Origin: Candidatus Omnitrophota bacterium
GTDB lineage: Bacteria; Omnitrophota; Gorgyraeia; Zapsychrales; Zapsychraceae
DNA: 64,000 nt
NCBI GenBank assembly: GCA_023247445.1
Contig: JAHFGL010000004.1
Coordinates: forward strand, 72,968 to 136,967
Reading direction: 5' to 3'
A model generated the notes under the pieces. That model searched no databases. It worked only from the letters and a program-made list of their open reading frames with translations, and was not told the origin of the DNA. Shown one piece after another: positions 9,997-20,193 of this stretch; the stretch's first letter is position 1, and each line of letters begins with the position of its first letter. The position numbers and the translations under genes are program-made.

Positions 9997-11139
9997 ATGG
10001 TAAGAAAACAAAAAATTATCTCATCCTGTAAAATTCCGCTGATTTTTCTATCTTTAACTTTTTTGACCGCCTGTCGCGCCTATTCCGATGACACGCCTGA
10101 TTTGAGGCAGCCAAATGATAATGAAATTCTTTATCATTACGCGGCGGTGAGCGTTAATGAGCCAGAACTTTGTGCAAAAATTTCTCCGAATGCTTATTTG
10201 TCCGCTGGTTGGACTCAAAAAGGGTATCAGATTAGCCTCGAGCGTTCAGAATGTTATTATGATGTAGCAATCCGATTTGCCAGAGAAGATCTGTGTGAGA
10301 AAGTTAAACCAATTAATCAAGGTTCTCTGGATGGGAGTCAGTATTCTCCATCACCTTGCCGAGAAAAAATTCGAAAAAACGGCCCTGACGATAGTAGTGG
10401 TAATGATCTCCCGAGTAATGACAAGCTTGTAACAATTTTTTCTCAAATGGGATATACTCCCGCGGTTGTGATTGAACAGAAGTTAACCCGCAATCCGTTG
10501 AATCTTTTTGACGTCTATGCAAAATTGGGTGAAGAGAAAGATATTCTTGAGCGTATTAAGGCCGTGACAGATTCTCCCGACATGAATCGTGTAACAATCG
10601 AACAGCTTGAAATACTTTATGATCTTGCCGCCCACAAAACAAATGATGTTCATTGGTGTGAAAAAATTCGTGAGGATGTCTTACGCCCAGATTCGCATTA
10701 TGGAGAGAACACAAGTCATGAGTTTTCGCGAGATTGGTGTATTTTTGAAGTGGCGTGTAATGCGAAGGATACTTCTTTGTGTCAATCTATGCCCGAACGA
10801 CCGCGGATTAAGGATAGGTTTTTTACTTTGAAAGAATCTTGCGCGCATCAGATTACTGAATCTTTAAAATTTAAAGATAATAAATCTCATTATGGATATT
10901 TTCTCCCACGGGATGAAGAGATAATTGCTTCTATTCTTAAGATCCTCAATTATCCTTTGCCTGATTTTAAAGATCTTTCTCAGGATGAAATTCACAAGAT
11001 CTATTCTGATTTTTTGCTTGAGCTCACATACCCAGAAAAGGACGATTCTTTTAATCCTCCAAGTTTCTTATATAAGGAGATATATAAAACTGCCCGAGAA
11101 GAATTTATTAGACGAGTTAAAACATTACCTGATTTTTAA
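9997..11139 (+). CDS. Putative lipoprotein with Cys-rich helical repeats
   Basis: ATG 9997 gives MVRKQK...LSLTFLTAC (lipobox). Repeated C.KI...R..C...VA.....LC units follow. Confidence 0.55.
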   Translation: MVRKQKIISSCKIPLIFLSLTFLTACRAYSDDTPDLRQPNDNEILYHYAAVSVNEPELCAKISPNAYLSAGWTQKGYQISLERSECYYDVAIRFAREDLCEKVKPINQGSLDGSQYSPSPCREKIRKNGPDDSSGNDLPSNDKLVTIFSQMGYTPAVVIEQKLTRNPLNLFDVYAKLGEEKDILERIKAVTDSPDMNRVTIEQLEILYDLAAHKTNDVHWCEKIREDVLRPDSHYGENTSHEFSRDWCIFEVACNAKDTSLCQSMPERPRIKDRFFTLKESCAHQITESLKFKDNKSHYGYFLPRDEEIIASILKILNYPLPDFKDLSQDEIHKIYSDFLLELTYPEKDDSFNPPSFLYKEIYKTAREEFIRRVKTLPDF

Positions 11140-11171
11140 TAGATACGTTGGTTAGCTACAGGGGAACTACG

Positions 11172-11585
11172 ATGACTACAGATCGATATAAAAAAGGTTG
11201 GGCAACGCTTGGGAAGATTAATAGTGACGCCGGCAAGCGGATTATGAAGTCGCTAAAGGATATCAGTCCCGACATGGCGCGGCTTGTTATTGAGTTTCCG
11301 TATGGTGATATTTATTCACGTCCACAGTTGGATTTAAAAACACGAGAGCTTGTCACAATCGCATCTTTAACAACGCTTGGCTTTGCCGCGCATGAATTAA
11401 AAGCCCATGTCAATAATGCCTTAAACGCTGGTTGTAGCAAAGAAGAAATCGTTGAAGTCATTATGCAGATGAGCATTTACGCTGGTTTTCCTGCTTCCTT
11501 AAATGCGCTTTTTGTCGCCGCTGATGTCTTTGCCAAAATAAAATCAAAGAAAAAGAATGGAAGAAAATCTAAAAGAGGGCATTGA
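11172..11585 (+). CDS. Carboxymuconolactone decarboxylase (CMD/AhpD-like) family protein
   Basis: [25 protein letters not shown] and YAGFPA motifs; GGGGAA RBS before ATG 11172. Confidence 0.88.
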   Translation: MTTDRYKKGWATLGKINSDAGKRIMKSLKDISPDMARLVIEFPYGDIYSRPQLDLKTRELVTIASLTTLGFAAHELKAHVNNALNAGCSKEEIVEVIMQMSIYAGFPASLNALFVAADVFAKIKSKKKNGRKSKRGH

Positions 11586-11730
11586 TTATTACATCGATGA
11601 ATGTGGGCGATGGGTCTTTACCCGCGAATATCATTTAAAGCGCGGATTTTGTTGTGAGAATGGTTGCAAGCATTGTCCTTTTGGTGCTACCGATAAATTA
11701 CATCGTAAAGAAAATGAGAGTGAAGAATGA
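11557..11730 (+). CDS. DUF5522 family small Cys-rich protein (57 aa, absent from the ORF track)
   Basis: Hand translation: [43 protein letters not shown]..., matching DYY..G..VFT..YHLKRG.CC..GC.HCP. Its stop overlaps the next start (ATGA). Confidence 0.88.
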   Translation: MEENLKEGIDYYIDECGRWVFTREYHLKRGFCCENGCKHCPFGATDKLHRKENESEE

Positions 11731-12482
11731 AGAAAGCTATCTTTAATTGGAGCGGCGGGAAAGATTCATCGCTTACGCTTTATGACGTCCTACAAAAAAA
11801 GGAATTTGATATTCAGTGCCTTTTAACATCCGTAAACACCCAATACCGTCGTATTTCAATGCATGGGGTACGCGAGGAATTGTTAGAAGCTCAGGCGAAA
11901 AGTATTGGAATCCCGCTACATAAGTTAATGGTCCCCGAAATGCCTTCGATGGAAGATTACAATAATCTCATGTCTAAAACATTAAAGCCGTTTGTTAAGA
12001 ATGGCGTTGAGCATTCCATTTTTGGTGATATTTTCCTGGAAGATTTAAAGCTTTATCGCGAAGAGCAGTTGGCTAAAGTAAACATGAAGGGTGTTTTTCC
12101 TATTTGGAAGAAAGATACAACAAAACTCGTAAGAGATTTTATTGATTTAGGTTTCAAAGCCGTTTTGGTTTGTGTTAATGAGCGTTTCCTAGATCAATCT
12201 TTTGCTGGACGCGCAATTGATAAAAGTTTTTTAAAGGATTTGCCTAAGAATGTCGATCCGTGTGGCGAGAATGGTGAGTATCATTCCTTTGTTTATGACG
12301 GCCCGATCTTTAAAAAGCCAATTGCTTTTAAAAAAGGAGAGGTTGTTTATCGAAATTATAAACCCGTTGCCTGCTCACCCAATACTTCCTCGAATGATCA
12401 GTACTCTGCGAATAGTTCCATGCAGAATGTTGACACAGGTTTTTGGTATTGTGATTTGTTATCTAACTCGAATAATAGCTGA
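11727..12482 (+). CDS. Dph6/MJ0570-like PP-loop ATP pyrophosphatase (diphthine-ammonia ligase family)
   Basis: WSGGKDS PP-loop, FGDIFLEDL, DPCGENGEYHSFVYDGP. Confidence 0.9.
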   Translation: MKKAIFNWSGGKDSSLTLYDVLQKKEFDIQCLLTSVNTQYRRISMHGVREELLEAQAKSIGIPLHKLMVPEMPSMEDYNNLMSKTLKPFVKNGVEHSIFGDIFLEDLKLYREEQLAKVNMKGVFPIWKKDTTKLVRDFIDLGFKAVLVCVNERFLDQSFAGRAIDKSFLKDLPKNVDPCGENGEYHSFVYDGPIFKKPIAFKKGEVVYRNYKPVACSPNTSSNDQYSANSSMQNVDTGFWYCDLLSNSNNS

Positions 12483-12509
12483 TAATTAAGTGCCTAAGAA
12501 AATAATTAC

Positions 12510-12538
12510 TTGACTTCTTATGGGAAGTTTTCTATATT
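12510..12538 (+). promoter_or_regulatory. Sigma70-type promoter upstream of the cobalamin riboswitch
   Basis: TTGACT (12510-12515), 17-nt spacer, TATATT (12533-12538). Confidence 0.6.
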
Positions 12539-12578
12539 AGCAAAGTTTCTTACTGCTCTTTTGGATGAATAAAATTTT

Positions 12579-12695
12579 CTATGTGGTCTCTCATAAGTTT
12601 TTGGGGAGTTAAAAGGAAATCCTGTACCAGTCAGGAACGGTCCCGCCGCTGTATCTAGGGAAGTCAAGCCTAGGAGTCAGAATACTGCCATATAG
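12579..12695 (+). ncRNA. Cobalamin riboswitch (compact form)
   Basis: Outer stem CTATGTGG/CCATATAG; core AAAAGGAAATCCTG-TACCAGT-CAGGAACGGTCCCGCCGCTGTA; B12 box GAGTCAGAATACTGCC; lies directly upstream of btuB. Confidence 0.9.
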
Positions 12696-12762
12696 TTAGT
12701 CAATTAACTGCGCGCGACAGTGTTAATTGAATATATATTAGGGAACAAGAATCAGGGTGCAT

Positions 12763-12796
12763 TCCCAATCGAAAATAACTTCGATTGGGATTTTTT
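12763..12796 (+). terminator. Intrinsic terminator (expression platform of the B12 riboswitch)
   Basis: TCCCAATCGAA-aataac-TTCGATTGGGA followed by T6, just before the AAGGAGG RBS of btuB. Confidence 0.85.
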
Positions 12797-12814
12797 ATTT
12801 TAAGGAGGATTAAA

Positions 12815-14800
12815 GTGAAGAAGATTATTTGTATTGTTTTTTGTTTGTTGTTAATGAGTGTGGCTACAGTTAAAGCAGAAGAGGCCGCTGAAGATTTAGG
12901 TAATATTGTTATTACTGCCAGCCGCATGGCGCAATACGATTATAAGGTGGCGGGGAATGTGACCGTCCTTGACCGTAAATATATCGAGGCCTCTAACGCA
13001 CAGAACATTCCCGATCTACTCAAGCAGGGATTGGGCGTGCATGTGGTTGATAACAGTTCCACTAAAACAACCACGATTGATATTCGCGGATTTGGTGACA
13101 CTGCTTCGCGAAACGTTTTAGTTTTAGTCAACGACCGTATTTTAAATACCGTTGATATCTCCAGTCCTGACTTAACCCAAATTCCACTGAGCTCTGTTGA
13201 ACGGATTGAAATTATCCGTGGAGCAGGATCTGTTCTTTACGGAGATCGGGCGGTTGGTGGAATTGTGAATATCATTACTAAAAAAGGAACAGGGCCTTTA
13301 ACGGGACGTTTCGGAACTTATTTTGGCAGTTACGATCGCCGGGCAACCGATGTGGAAGTCTCTGGATCTAAGAATAAACTCGGATATTATTTTTACTCAA
13401 AATACAATGATGATCATGGTTATCGTCAAAATAGCGATGTCCTTTCCAAAGATTTTAAAACTCGCCTTGATTACGATTGGTTGCAAAAGATCAAAGTGGA
13501 TGTGGACTACTCCTATCACGAAGATCAATATGGGTTCCCAGGTGGACTCAGTGGGGCTAATTTATCTGCCATGGGCCCACGGGCTACTACGACACCGAAT
13601 AATTTTGCAAGAAGCAAGGATAGCAGTTTAAAAACAGGTTTTGCCATTACTCCTTGGTTGCAAGATATTTATTATGGTCAATTTGTTCTTGATCTTTATT
13701 TACGAGACCGTGATGTGTTTGATAGTTTTTCTGGATTTGATACCGGCCGTGGCACACGAACAACGGGTATCACCGGTAAATATGTTTTTGATCATACGAT
13801 TTTTGATAAGCAATTTAATTTTGTCACAGGTGTCGATATTTATGATCATGAAACAGATATCCAGGGAAGCGGCAGCAATACCGATGATCTGACGATATCA
13901 AGAACAGATTTTGGTGTTTTTGGTTTTGCAGAATATGAAGCCCTAAAAAATCTTTTTGTTAATGGCGGCGGTCGTTACTATCAAGCTAAATATGCCTTTA
14001 GCCAACGTAACGGTGTAGCTGTCGATGAGAGGCAAAAGCCCGACGTTTTGGTTTATATGGGCGGATTAAAGTATGAATATGCGAAGGGTTCTAATGTGCA
14101 TGCTAGCGTACAACGAACATTTCGTTTCTTAGCGACCGATGAATGGTATAGTTCTTTCTCGGGAACTCTTAACACGGATTTAAAGCAACAAAAAGGGATC
14201 CAGTATGAAGTCGGTCTTAAACATAATTTTGCTGATAAGGTTACTTTTACGGTGACTCCTTATTGGATTGATAATCAGGATGAAATTTATTTTGATCCAA
14301 GCAACTTTGTCAATACAAATTATGATCGAACCATAAGACGGGGAGTTGAAATTGGACAAGAAACTAAGCTTTCAAAATTGATGCCTATCCCTTTTGTAGA
14401 TGAATTAAATTTCATCACCAATTATAATTTGCAAAAAGCCCAATTTAAGGGAGGGGCTAATGATAAAAAAGATATTCCACTGGTTCCACATCAACAGTTT
14501 AGCGGAGGATTTTTAACAAGATTCTTAGACCATTATAATTACTCCGTGATGGGCAACTATGTTGGCGCGCAGTTTGCTATTAACGATTTAGGCAACGTTA
14601 GTCCAAAGATTGAGCCATATTTTACTCTGGATACTAAACTCAGTTATGAATTGCCTAATTGGGAAGTTTATGGTGCAATTAATAATATTTTTAATCAACA
14701 ATATTCATCCACGGTTGTTTATTCGACCGGTAGCGGGGCACAAAGTTTTTATCCATCCCCTGGACGTAATTTTAACGTAGGGGTTAATGTGAAGTTTTAA
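12815..14800 (+). CDS. btuB: TonB-dependent cobalamin receptor
   Basis: Signal peptide, TonB box IVITASR, plug motif ERIEIIRGAGSVLYG, C-terminal Phe, and B12 riboswitch upstream. GTG 12815 follows AAGGAGG. Confidence 0.88.
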   Translation: MKKIICIVFCLLLMSVATVKAEEAAEDLGNIVITASRMAQYDYKVAGNVTVLDRKYIEASNAQNIPDLLKQGLGVHVVDNSSTKTTTIDIRGFGDTASRNVLVLVNDRILNTVDISSPDLTQIPLSSVERIEIIRGAGSVLYGDRAVGGIVNIITKKGTGPLTGRFGTYFGSYDRRATDVEVSGSKNKLGYYFYSKYNDDHGYRQNSDVLSKDFKTRLDYDWLQKIKVDVDYSYHEDQYGFPGGLSGANLSAMGPRATTTPNNFARSKDSSLKTGFAITPWLQDIYYGQFVLDLYLRDRDVFDSFSGFDTGRGTRTTGITGKYVFDHTIFDKQFNFVTGVDIYDHETDIQGSGSNTDDLTISRTDFGVFGFAEYEALKNLFVNGGGRYYQAKYAFSQRNGVAVDERQKPDVLVYMGGLKYEYAKGSNVHASVQRTFRFLATDEWYSSFSGTLNTDLKQQKGIQYEVGLKHNFADKVTFTVTPYWIDNQDEIYFDPSNFVNTNYDRTIRRGVEIGQETKLSKLMPIPFVDELNFITNYNLQKAQFKGGANDKKDIPLVPHQQFSGGFLTRFLDHYNYSVMGNYVGAQFAINDLGNVSPKIEPYFTLDTKLSYELPNWEVYGAINNIFNQQYSSTVVYSTGSGAQSFYPSPGRNFNVGVNVKF

Positions 14801-14818
14801 GTTAGGACAGAAATAAAA

Positions 14819-15724
14819 ATGATGAAGAAGATTGTTGGGATATTGCTGTGCTTGATTCTATTTGGATTCGGGAATCTGCCTGCGATAGCCCAACAATCTT
14901 CGGTTGTTCCTTTCCCAAAATATCAACGTATTATTTCTCTTGCTCCTTCGGGTACCGAAATTCTCTTCGCCCTTGGGTTAGGGGATCAAGTCGTCGGTGT
15001 AACCCGCTATTGCCGTTTCCCTCCAGAGGCTCAACAAAAAACAATCATTGGAACATTTTTGGATACTAATTTTGAATTAGTCTATCGGCTTAATCCAGAT
15101 TTGGTTGTTTTACTTAATACCGAAATGGGCCCTAAATTAAAGTTGGAACAAATGGGGTTTAATGTCTTGATGCTTGAGACAAATAAAGTAAGCGACGTCA
15201 TTGAGGCGATTACCAGAATCGGTTCGTATTGTGATCGCAAGGCACAAGCCACCGAGATTACGGATCGCATCAAGGAAAGAATTCAGGATATCCAATCTAA
15301 AACGAAGAGTTCATCGCGCCCTCGTGTGTTGGTGACCTTTGCCCGGACGCTAGGTGAAGGGAATATTAATAATGTTTATGTGGCTGGGACAAAATCTTTT
15401 TTTCATGATATTATCACAATCGCTGGCGGTCAAAATGCGTATAATGGATTAGAGGCCATTGCTAGTCCCGTTGTTTCCGCCGAAGGGGTTTTACAGATGA
15501 ATCCCGATGTTATTATCGAAGTTCTGTCAGATTTAAAAGAAACAAATTTAAATCCAGCTGAGGTGATCAAAGATTGGGATACCTTGCCTGAACTTAAAGC
15601 TTATCAAAATAAACAAATTTATATTTTCACCGATGATTATTTAGGTATTTCTGGCCCGCGCATTACGCAAACCTTGGATCGCATCGCCCGATCTATCCAT
15701 CCTGAAATCAAATGGGATCCTTAA
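14819..15724 (+). CDS. btuF: Cobalamin ABC transporter periplasmic binding protein
   Basis: RIISLAPSGTEILFALG, NPDVII, GPR motifs; operon context. Confidence 0.85.
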   Translation: MMKKIVGILLCLILFGFGNLPAIAQQSSVVPFPKYQRIISLAPSGTEILFALGLGDQVVGVTRYCRFPPEAQQKTIIGTFLDTNFELVYRLNPDLVVLLNTEMGPKLKLEQMGFNVLMLETNKVSDVIEAITRIGSYCDRKAQATEITDRIKERIQDIQSKTKSSSRPRVLVTFARTLGEGNINNVYVAGTKSFFHDIITIAGGQNAYNGLEAIASPVVSAEGVLQMNPDVIIEVLSDLKETNLNPAEVIKDWDTLPELKAYQNKQIYIFTDDYLGISGPRITQTLDRIARSIHPEIKWDP

Positions 15725-15726
15725 AG

Positions 15727-16515
15727 ATGAAAAAAAACATCGTTACGATTCAGGGATTTTCTTTCTCTTACGATCAAAAGAAAGTTTTAGATCAGATTAC
15801 TTGCTTCATTGACGAAGGAGATTATGTCTCGATTATTGGCCCCAATGGCGCGGGTAAATCAACTTTACTCAAATGTTTAAATCGTATTCTTACGAGTCAA
15901 GAAGGTGAAATTCATTTATTTGGTCAAAAGCTGTCGGGCTATAAACAAAAAGAGCTAGGAAGATTGATTGGATATGTGCCGCAAGGCCGTGAACAACTTT
16001 TTCCGTACACAGTTTATGAATTTGTGATGATGGGCCGCTATGCGTATGTTCCGGCTTTTTCTTATACCACCGCCGAAGATCATCGGGCTGTGGAACAAGC
16101 TCTTTCGATGACAGGCATTATGGATTTAGCAAAGCGCCCTGTAAATGCCTTAAGCGGCGGTGAACGGCAAAAGGTTTATCTGGCCGGAGCTTTAGCGCAA
16201 GAACCGAAAATTCTTTTATTAGATGAGCCGACAACCCATTTAGATCCTAAGCATCAAGTGGAGATTCAAAAGATGATTTGGGATATTTCATCGCAATGCG
16301 GTATGACGGTTATTCATGTGACGCATGACCTGCAGCATCTATGTCTTGGGCCGCAGAAAATTTTAGCCTTAAAAGAGGGGCGTTTAATATTTTCTGGACC
16401 GTCTGAGGAGATATTAACACCGGCTAATTTAAAAACAATTTTTGGAACAGCATTTGTTTTTCTTCCATTTCCATCCAGCGGCAAGAAATTCATCGTTGCC
16501 GAAGCCATGCTATGA
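15727..16515 (+). CDS. btuD: Cobalamin/siderophore-type ABC transporter ATPase
   Basis: GPNGAGKS, LSGGERQ, LLLDEPTTHLD. Confidence 0.85.
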   Translation: MKKNIVTIQGFSFSYDQKKVLDQITCFIDEGDYVSIIGPNGAGKSTLLKCLNRILTSQEGEIHLFGQKLSGYKQKELGRLIGYVPQGREQLFPYTVYEFVMMGRYAYVPAFSYTTAEDHRAVEQALSMTGIMDLAKRPVNALSGGERQKVYLAGALAQEPKILLLDEPTTHLDPKHQVEIQKMIWDISSQCGMTVIHVTHDLQHLCLGPQKILALKEGRLIFSGPSEEILTPANLKTIFGTAFVFLPFPSSGKKFIVAEAML

Positions 16516-17534
16516 AAATAATTGTGTTAGATAAAAAGAATAAATTGGCGATATTGTTAATTTTACTTCTGGGATCATTAGTTGTGATCTTCACCTCGCC
16601 ATTTGCAGGCTCAAAATTGATTTCATTAAATAACATTTTTAGCCTTGAACCGGGGAGCAGTGATTTTAAAATATTTTGGGTCATCAGGATTCCGCGTGTC
16701 TTATTGGCTTATATGGTGGGTGCGATTTTGGCGCTTAGCGGAATGGTTTTTCAAGCGGTTTTTCGCAATCCCTTAGTATGTCCATTTACCCTCGGGGTTT
16801 CATCCGGGGCTTCTTTTGGTGCAGCGATTTACATTGCCTTAGGATTTTCATTTACCCTTTTGGGAATTTCAGGGATTTCTTTCTTCTCGTTTTTAGGAGC
16901 AGTTTTTGCCATTGCCATCGTTTGGTATTTATCGAGAATGAAACAAGGTTCATCTGTTGCTAAAATGCTTTTAGCTGGGATCGCTGTGAGCTTTTTCTTT
17001 TTAAGTATCATTATGTTTATTCAGTTTATCAGTGGGGTTATCCAATCACTGCGAATCTCCCGATGGCTGATGGGAGGGATCTACGCATTTGGATATGATA
17101 CGCTTATTCAGGCCAGCATTATCGCTTTCCTGGGACTTTTTATTATTTGGTATTTTTCTCATGATTTAAATTTATTTACAACCGGTGAAGAGTTAGCCAT
17201 AAGCCGTGGCGTTGATGTCAAATTGACAGTAACAATTTTATTTTTCTTAATATCGATTATGATTGGCGGGATTGTGGCCATTTGCGGACCCATTGGCTTT
17301 GTTGGGATCATTGCGCCGCATATTTGTCGTCTCTGGATTGGTCCTGACCATCGATATTTAACCCCAGCAACATTTTTATTCGGCGGTTTATTTTTAGCCC
17401 TGTGCGACACTTTAGCCCGCAGCTTACTGCCACCTACAGAAATTCCCGTGGGTGTTATTACCGCCATTTTGGGTGGACCATTCTTTCTGTGGCTCCTACA
17501 CGCCAAATTTTCCGATTCGAGTATTTCTTTGTAA
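16512..17534 (+). CDS. btuC: FecCD/BtuC family permease
   Basis: RIPR, FRNPL.CPFTLGVSSGA, GPIGFVG, EIPVGVITAILGGPFF. Confidence 0.88.
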   Translation: MKIIVLDKKNKLAILLILLLGSLVVIFTSPFAGSKLISLNNIFSLEPGSSDFKIFWVIRIPRVLLAYMVGAILALSGMVFQAVFRNPLVCPFTLGVSSGASFGAAIYIALGFSFTLLGISGISFFSFLGAVFAIAIVWYLSRMKQGSSVAKMLLAGIAVSFFFLSIIMFIQFISGVIQSLRISRWLMGGIYAFGYDTLIQASIIAFLGLFIIWYFSHDLNLFTTGEELAISRGVDVKLTVTILFFLISIMIGGIVAICGPIGFVGIIAPHICRLWIGPDHRYLTPATFLFGGLFLALCDTLARSLLPPTEIPVGVITAILGGPFFLWLLHAKFSDSSISL

Positions 17535-17612
17535 TACAAACACAAATTCTTTTCGTTTTATAAAATTATAAATAATAATTGTGATCGTAACAAAAAATCG
17601 TATTATATAACT

Positions 17613-18974
17613 ATGCATCCATTAGAAAAACGTAACCTTCTGCAGCCAGACCTGCGATCAATTAATTCCTTAGATGAGTATAAAGCTATCGGCGGCCTTG
17701 TCGGACTTACCCGCGCACGGACAATGAATCCTAAAGACGTGATTGCTGAAGTTAAGAAATCTAGCTTGCGTGGACGAGGTGGGGCGGGATTTCCAACGGC
17801 GATTAAATGGGAAACTGTATCCAATGCGCCCGACGCTAAGAAATATTTGGTCTGCAATTTTGCCGAAGGCGAACCTGGAACATACAAAGACCGCTATTTT
17901 TTAAATAAAAATCCTTATATCGTTTTGGAGGGGATGCTCATTGCCGCGTATGCCATTGGCGCCAAACAGGCGATCATTGGAACGAAAGAAAAGTTTAAGA
18001 AAATTGGTTTAGTCCAGCGCTTGCAACAAGCGATTAAAGAATATGAAGACGCTGGCGTTTGTCCAAAAGGATATTTGCGATTAGTTTTAGGCCCCGATGC
18101 CTATTTATTTGGAGAAGAGAAGGCGCTTCTTGAAGTCATTGATGGCCGCACGCCGATGCCGCGATTTTTTCCGCCATTTTTAGTTGGGGTGGGCGTTGGT
18201 CCAACTGAAACCAATCCTACCGTCGTTAATAATGCGGAATCGTTAAGTCACGTGGCGAATATTTTAGCCAAGGGCCCGGATTGGTTTAAGTCGATGGGCG
18301 ATCAAGATACGCCAGGAACAGTTATTTTGACTTTAACCGGAGATTTAAAACGCCCGGGGATGTATGAAGTGGCAACGGGTCTAACCGTTCGTCAGATGCT
18401 TTACGATTTAGCCGGAGGCCCAGCAACGGATAAACCAATTAAAGCCGTTTTTTCTGGGGTTGCCAATCGTGTCATGACGCCTGATCAATTTGATTTAAAT
18501 GTTAATTTTGGGACGCTACGCACCAACGGCGTTGGACTTGGTTCTGCTGGATTTATGGTTTATGACGAGAGTCGCTGCATGGTTCAGGTCGCTCATATGT
18601 TTTCACATTTTTTGGCGTTTTCTTCTTGCGGTCAATGTGTTCCTTGTAATATGGGAACGCGGGTTATCACCGAGCATCTTAAGAAATTATTAGATCAGAC
18701 CGGCTCACCAGAAGATCGAGATGCGATCCTTTCTGAGACAGCCCGTTGTACCAATCAAACCCGATGCTTTTTACCTCAGCAAGAATCTATTTTAATTAGC
18801 AGCATTATTAAGAAATTTCCTGCCGAATTTACGGCCCATGCCAATCATAGCTGTTCGCTCAGCCATGCACCGCTCGTCATTCCTAAAGTAGAAAATTTTG
18901 ACGACCAATCCGGGCAATTTACATTTGAAAAGTATCCAATTGAGTTTCAAGAACCGCAATTAAGTCCGTTCTAA
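17613..18974 (+). CDS. Stand-alone NuoF/HoxF/HydB-like FMN- and 4Fe-4S-binding NADH oxidoreductase subunit
   Basis: LRGRGGAGFPTAIKW, EGEPGTYKDR, YLFGEEKALLE, SCGQCVPC...C. Confidence 0.85.
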   Translation: MHPLEKRNLLQPDLRSINSLDEYKAIGGLVGLTRARTMNPKDVIAEVKKSSLRGRGGAGFPTAIKWETVSNAPDAKKYLVCNFAEGEPGTYKDRYFLNKNPYIVLEGMLIAAYAIGAKQAIIGTKEKFKKIGLVQRLQQAIKEYEDAGVCPKGYLRLVLGPDAYLFGEEKALLEVIDGRTPMPRFFPPFLVGVGVGPTETNPTVVNNAESLSHVANILAKGPDWFKSMGDQDTPGTVILTLTGDLKRPGMYEVATGLTVRQMLYDLAGGPATDKPIKAVFSGVANRVMTPDQFDLNVNFGTLRTNGVGLGSAGFMVYDESRCMVQVAHMFSHFLAFSSCGQCVPCNMGTRVITEHLKKLLDQTGSPEDRDAILSETARCTNQTRCFLPQQESILISSIIKKFPAEFTAHANHSCSLSHAPLVIPKVENFDDQSGQFTFEKYPIEFQEPQLSPF

Positions 18975-18982
18975 CATCTTTT

Positions 18983-20182
18983 ATGTTCTCTCCAGATATA
19001 AACAAGAGCATAAATACCCAAAATAATAAACAAATCTGTGAGCGAATAGCCGCTGGTATTTTTATTGTTTGTCTTATCATTGGCTTTGCCTTGGCCACCT
19101 TACTGTCCGCTGGTGGTGATGAAGTCGTTTCGCTACGCAATATTTTACGATCTAGTTATCTGAAAATTTTTCTTGGCCAATTAACGATGGAGTCAAATAA
19201 TTTCCCCGGTTTTTATTTAATTCAAAAGTTGATTTGTGATATTTCTGGATATCCTTTCAAAGAACATTTGGAAACTCTCTATTGGGGGTGGGCCTTTCGC
19301 GATCTCCCCGCTTCTTTGATTTTGAGAATTTTTCCGAATGTTTGCATTTCTTTAGCCTTTAGCTTTATGTTTTACTTTTTTTCGCGATATTATTCATGGT
19401 GGACCGCAATTTATTCTTTATTTTTAGCCGGGACCTCTTATATGACGTGGATCTATTGGGCCGATGGCCGTCCTTACGCCGTCTGGTATTTCTTAACAAC
19501 AGCTCAATTCTTTACTTTCTTGCGTTTAGTGGAAGACAAAGAAAATAGAAAGTTATGGCAGTGGCTTGTGATAATTAATATTTCATTATGTTTTACCGTA
19601 GTTTTTAGTGTGCTTCAGGTTTTTTTGATATCTTTTTTGTTGTGGCTTATGGTCAGCCGCCAGTGGCATCGCTATATAATGGTTACCGTAATCCCCACTA
19701 TCATTTGTTATCTTTATATTCTGCCAATTCCTAAAAGTTTTAGTACTTTCTTTTTTGATGATAAACCGCCAGAATTGATAAGTTCAGGTTTTTCCAAAGA
19801 AAGATTGTTAATTTTGTTTGTGTTTGGACTAATTCTTTTGTATGTCGGAGTTCAAAAGAAGACGAAAATTTTTGATAGAAAATTACTGTTGGCATCTTTT
19901 CCCGCGCTTATGGTTACCATGTTAACGTTATTATCGGCTATTTTACTGCTCTTTACGTTTATGTTACGTCCCGGGCCGCATGCCCCGGTTGTGAATCGAT
20001 ATATGGTTTTCTTGACGCCAGTGGCGGTTATTGGAACAACCATCTTTTCATATCACTTGATAAAGTCGCTTCGAAACAATAAAACCATACAAATAATGGC
20101 CATCTTAATTTTGGCTGGCTTAATGATCGGTCGTATTCCAGCAACGATCAGTCTTATCAGTACACATTATTTTACTAATTAG
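18983..20182 (+). CDS. Multi-pass membrane protein, possible GT-C (ArnT/PMT-like) glycosyltransferase
   Basis: About 10 TM segments; DE after TM1, GRPYA loop and a late RY motif. Confidence 0.5.
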   Translation: MFSPDINKSINTQNNKQICERIAAGIFIVCLIIGFALATLLSAGGDEVVSLRNILRSSYLKIFLGQLTMESNNFPGFYLIQKLICDISGYPFKEHLETLYWGWAFRDLPASLILRIFPNVCISLAFSFMFYFFSRYYSWWTAIYSLFLAGTSYMTWIYWADGRPYAVWYFLTTAQFFTFLRLVEDKENRKLWQWLVIINISLCFTVVFSVLQVFLISFLLWLMVSRQWHRYIMVTVIPTIICYLYILPIPKSFSTFFFDDKPPELISSGFSKERLLILFVFGLILLYVGVQKKTKIFDRKLLLASFPALMVTMLTLLSAILLLFTFMLRPGPHAPVVNRYMVFLTPVAVIGTTIFSYHLIKSLRNNKTIQIMAILILAGLMIGRIPATISLISTHYFTN

Positions 20183-20193
20183 AAGGGGGGGAT

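Noticed and set aside
11727-12482. True diphthamide synthesis
   Set aside because: Bacteria lack the EF-2 diphthamide target and no other dph genes are present, so only a family-level call is made.
12700-12927. Minus-strand 75-aa ORF over the btuB leader
   Set aside because: It overlaps the riboswitch terminator and the btuB start, with no coding evidence.
17579-17596. Rex or CRP/FNR box (TTGTGATCGTAACAA) upstream of the NuoF-like gene
   Set aside because: Half-site spacing and sequence do not fit either consensus; likely chance in AT-rich DNA.
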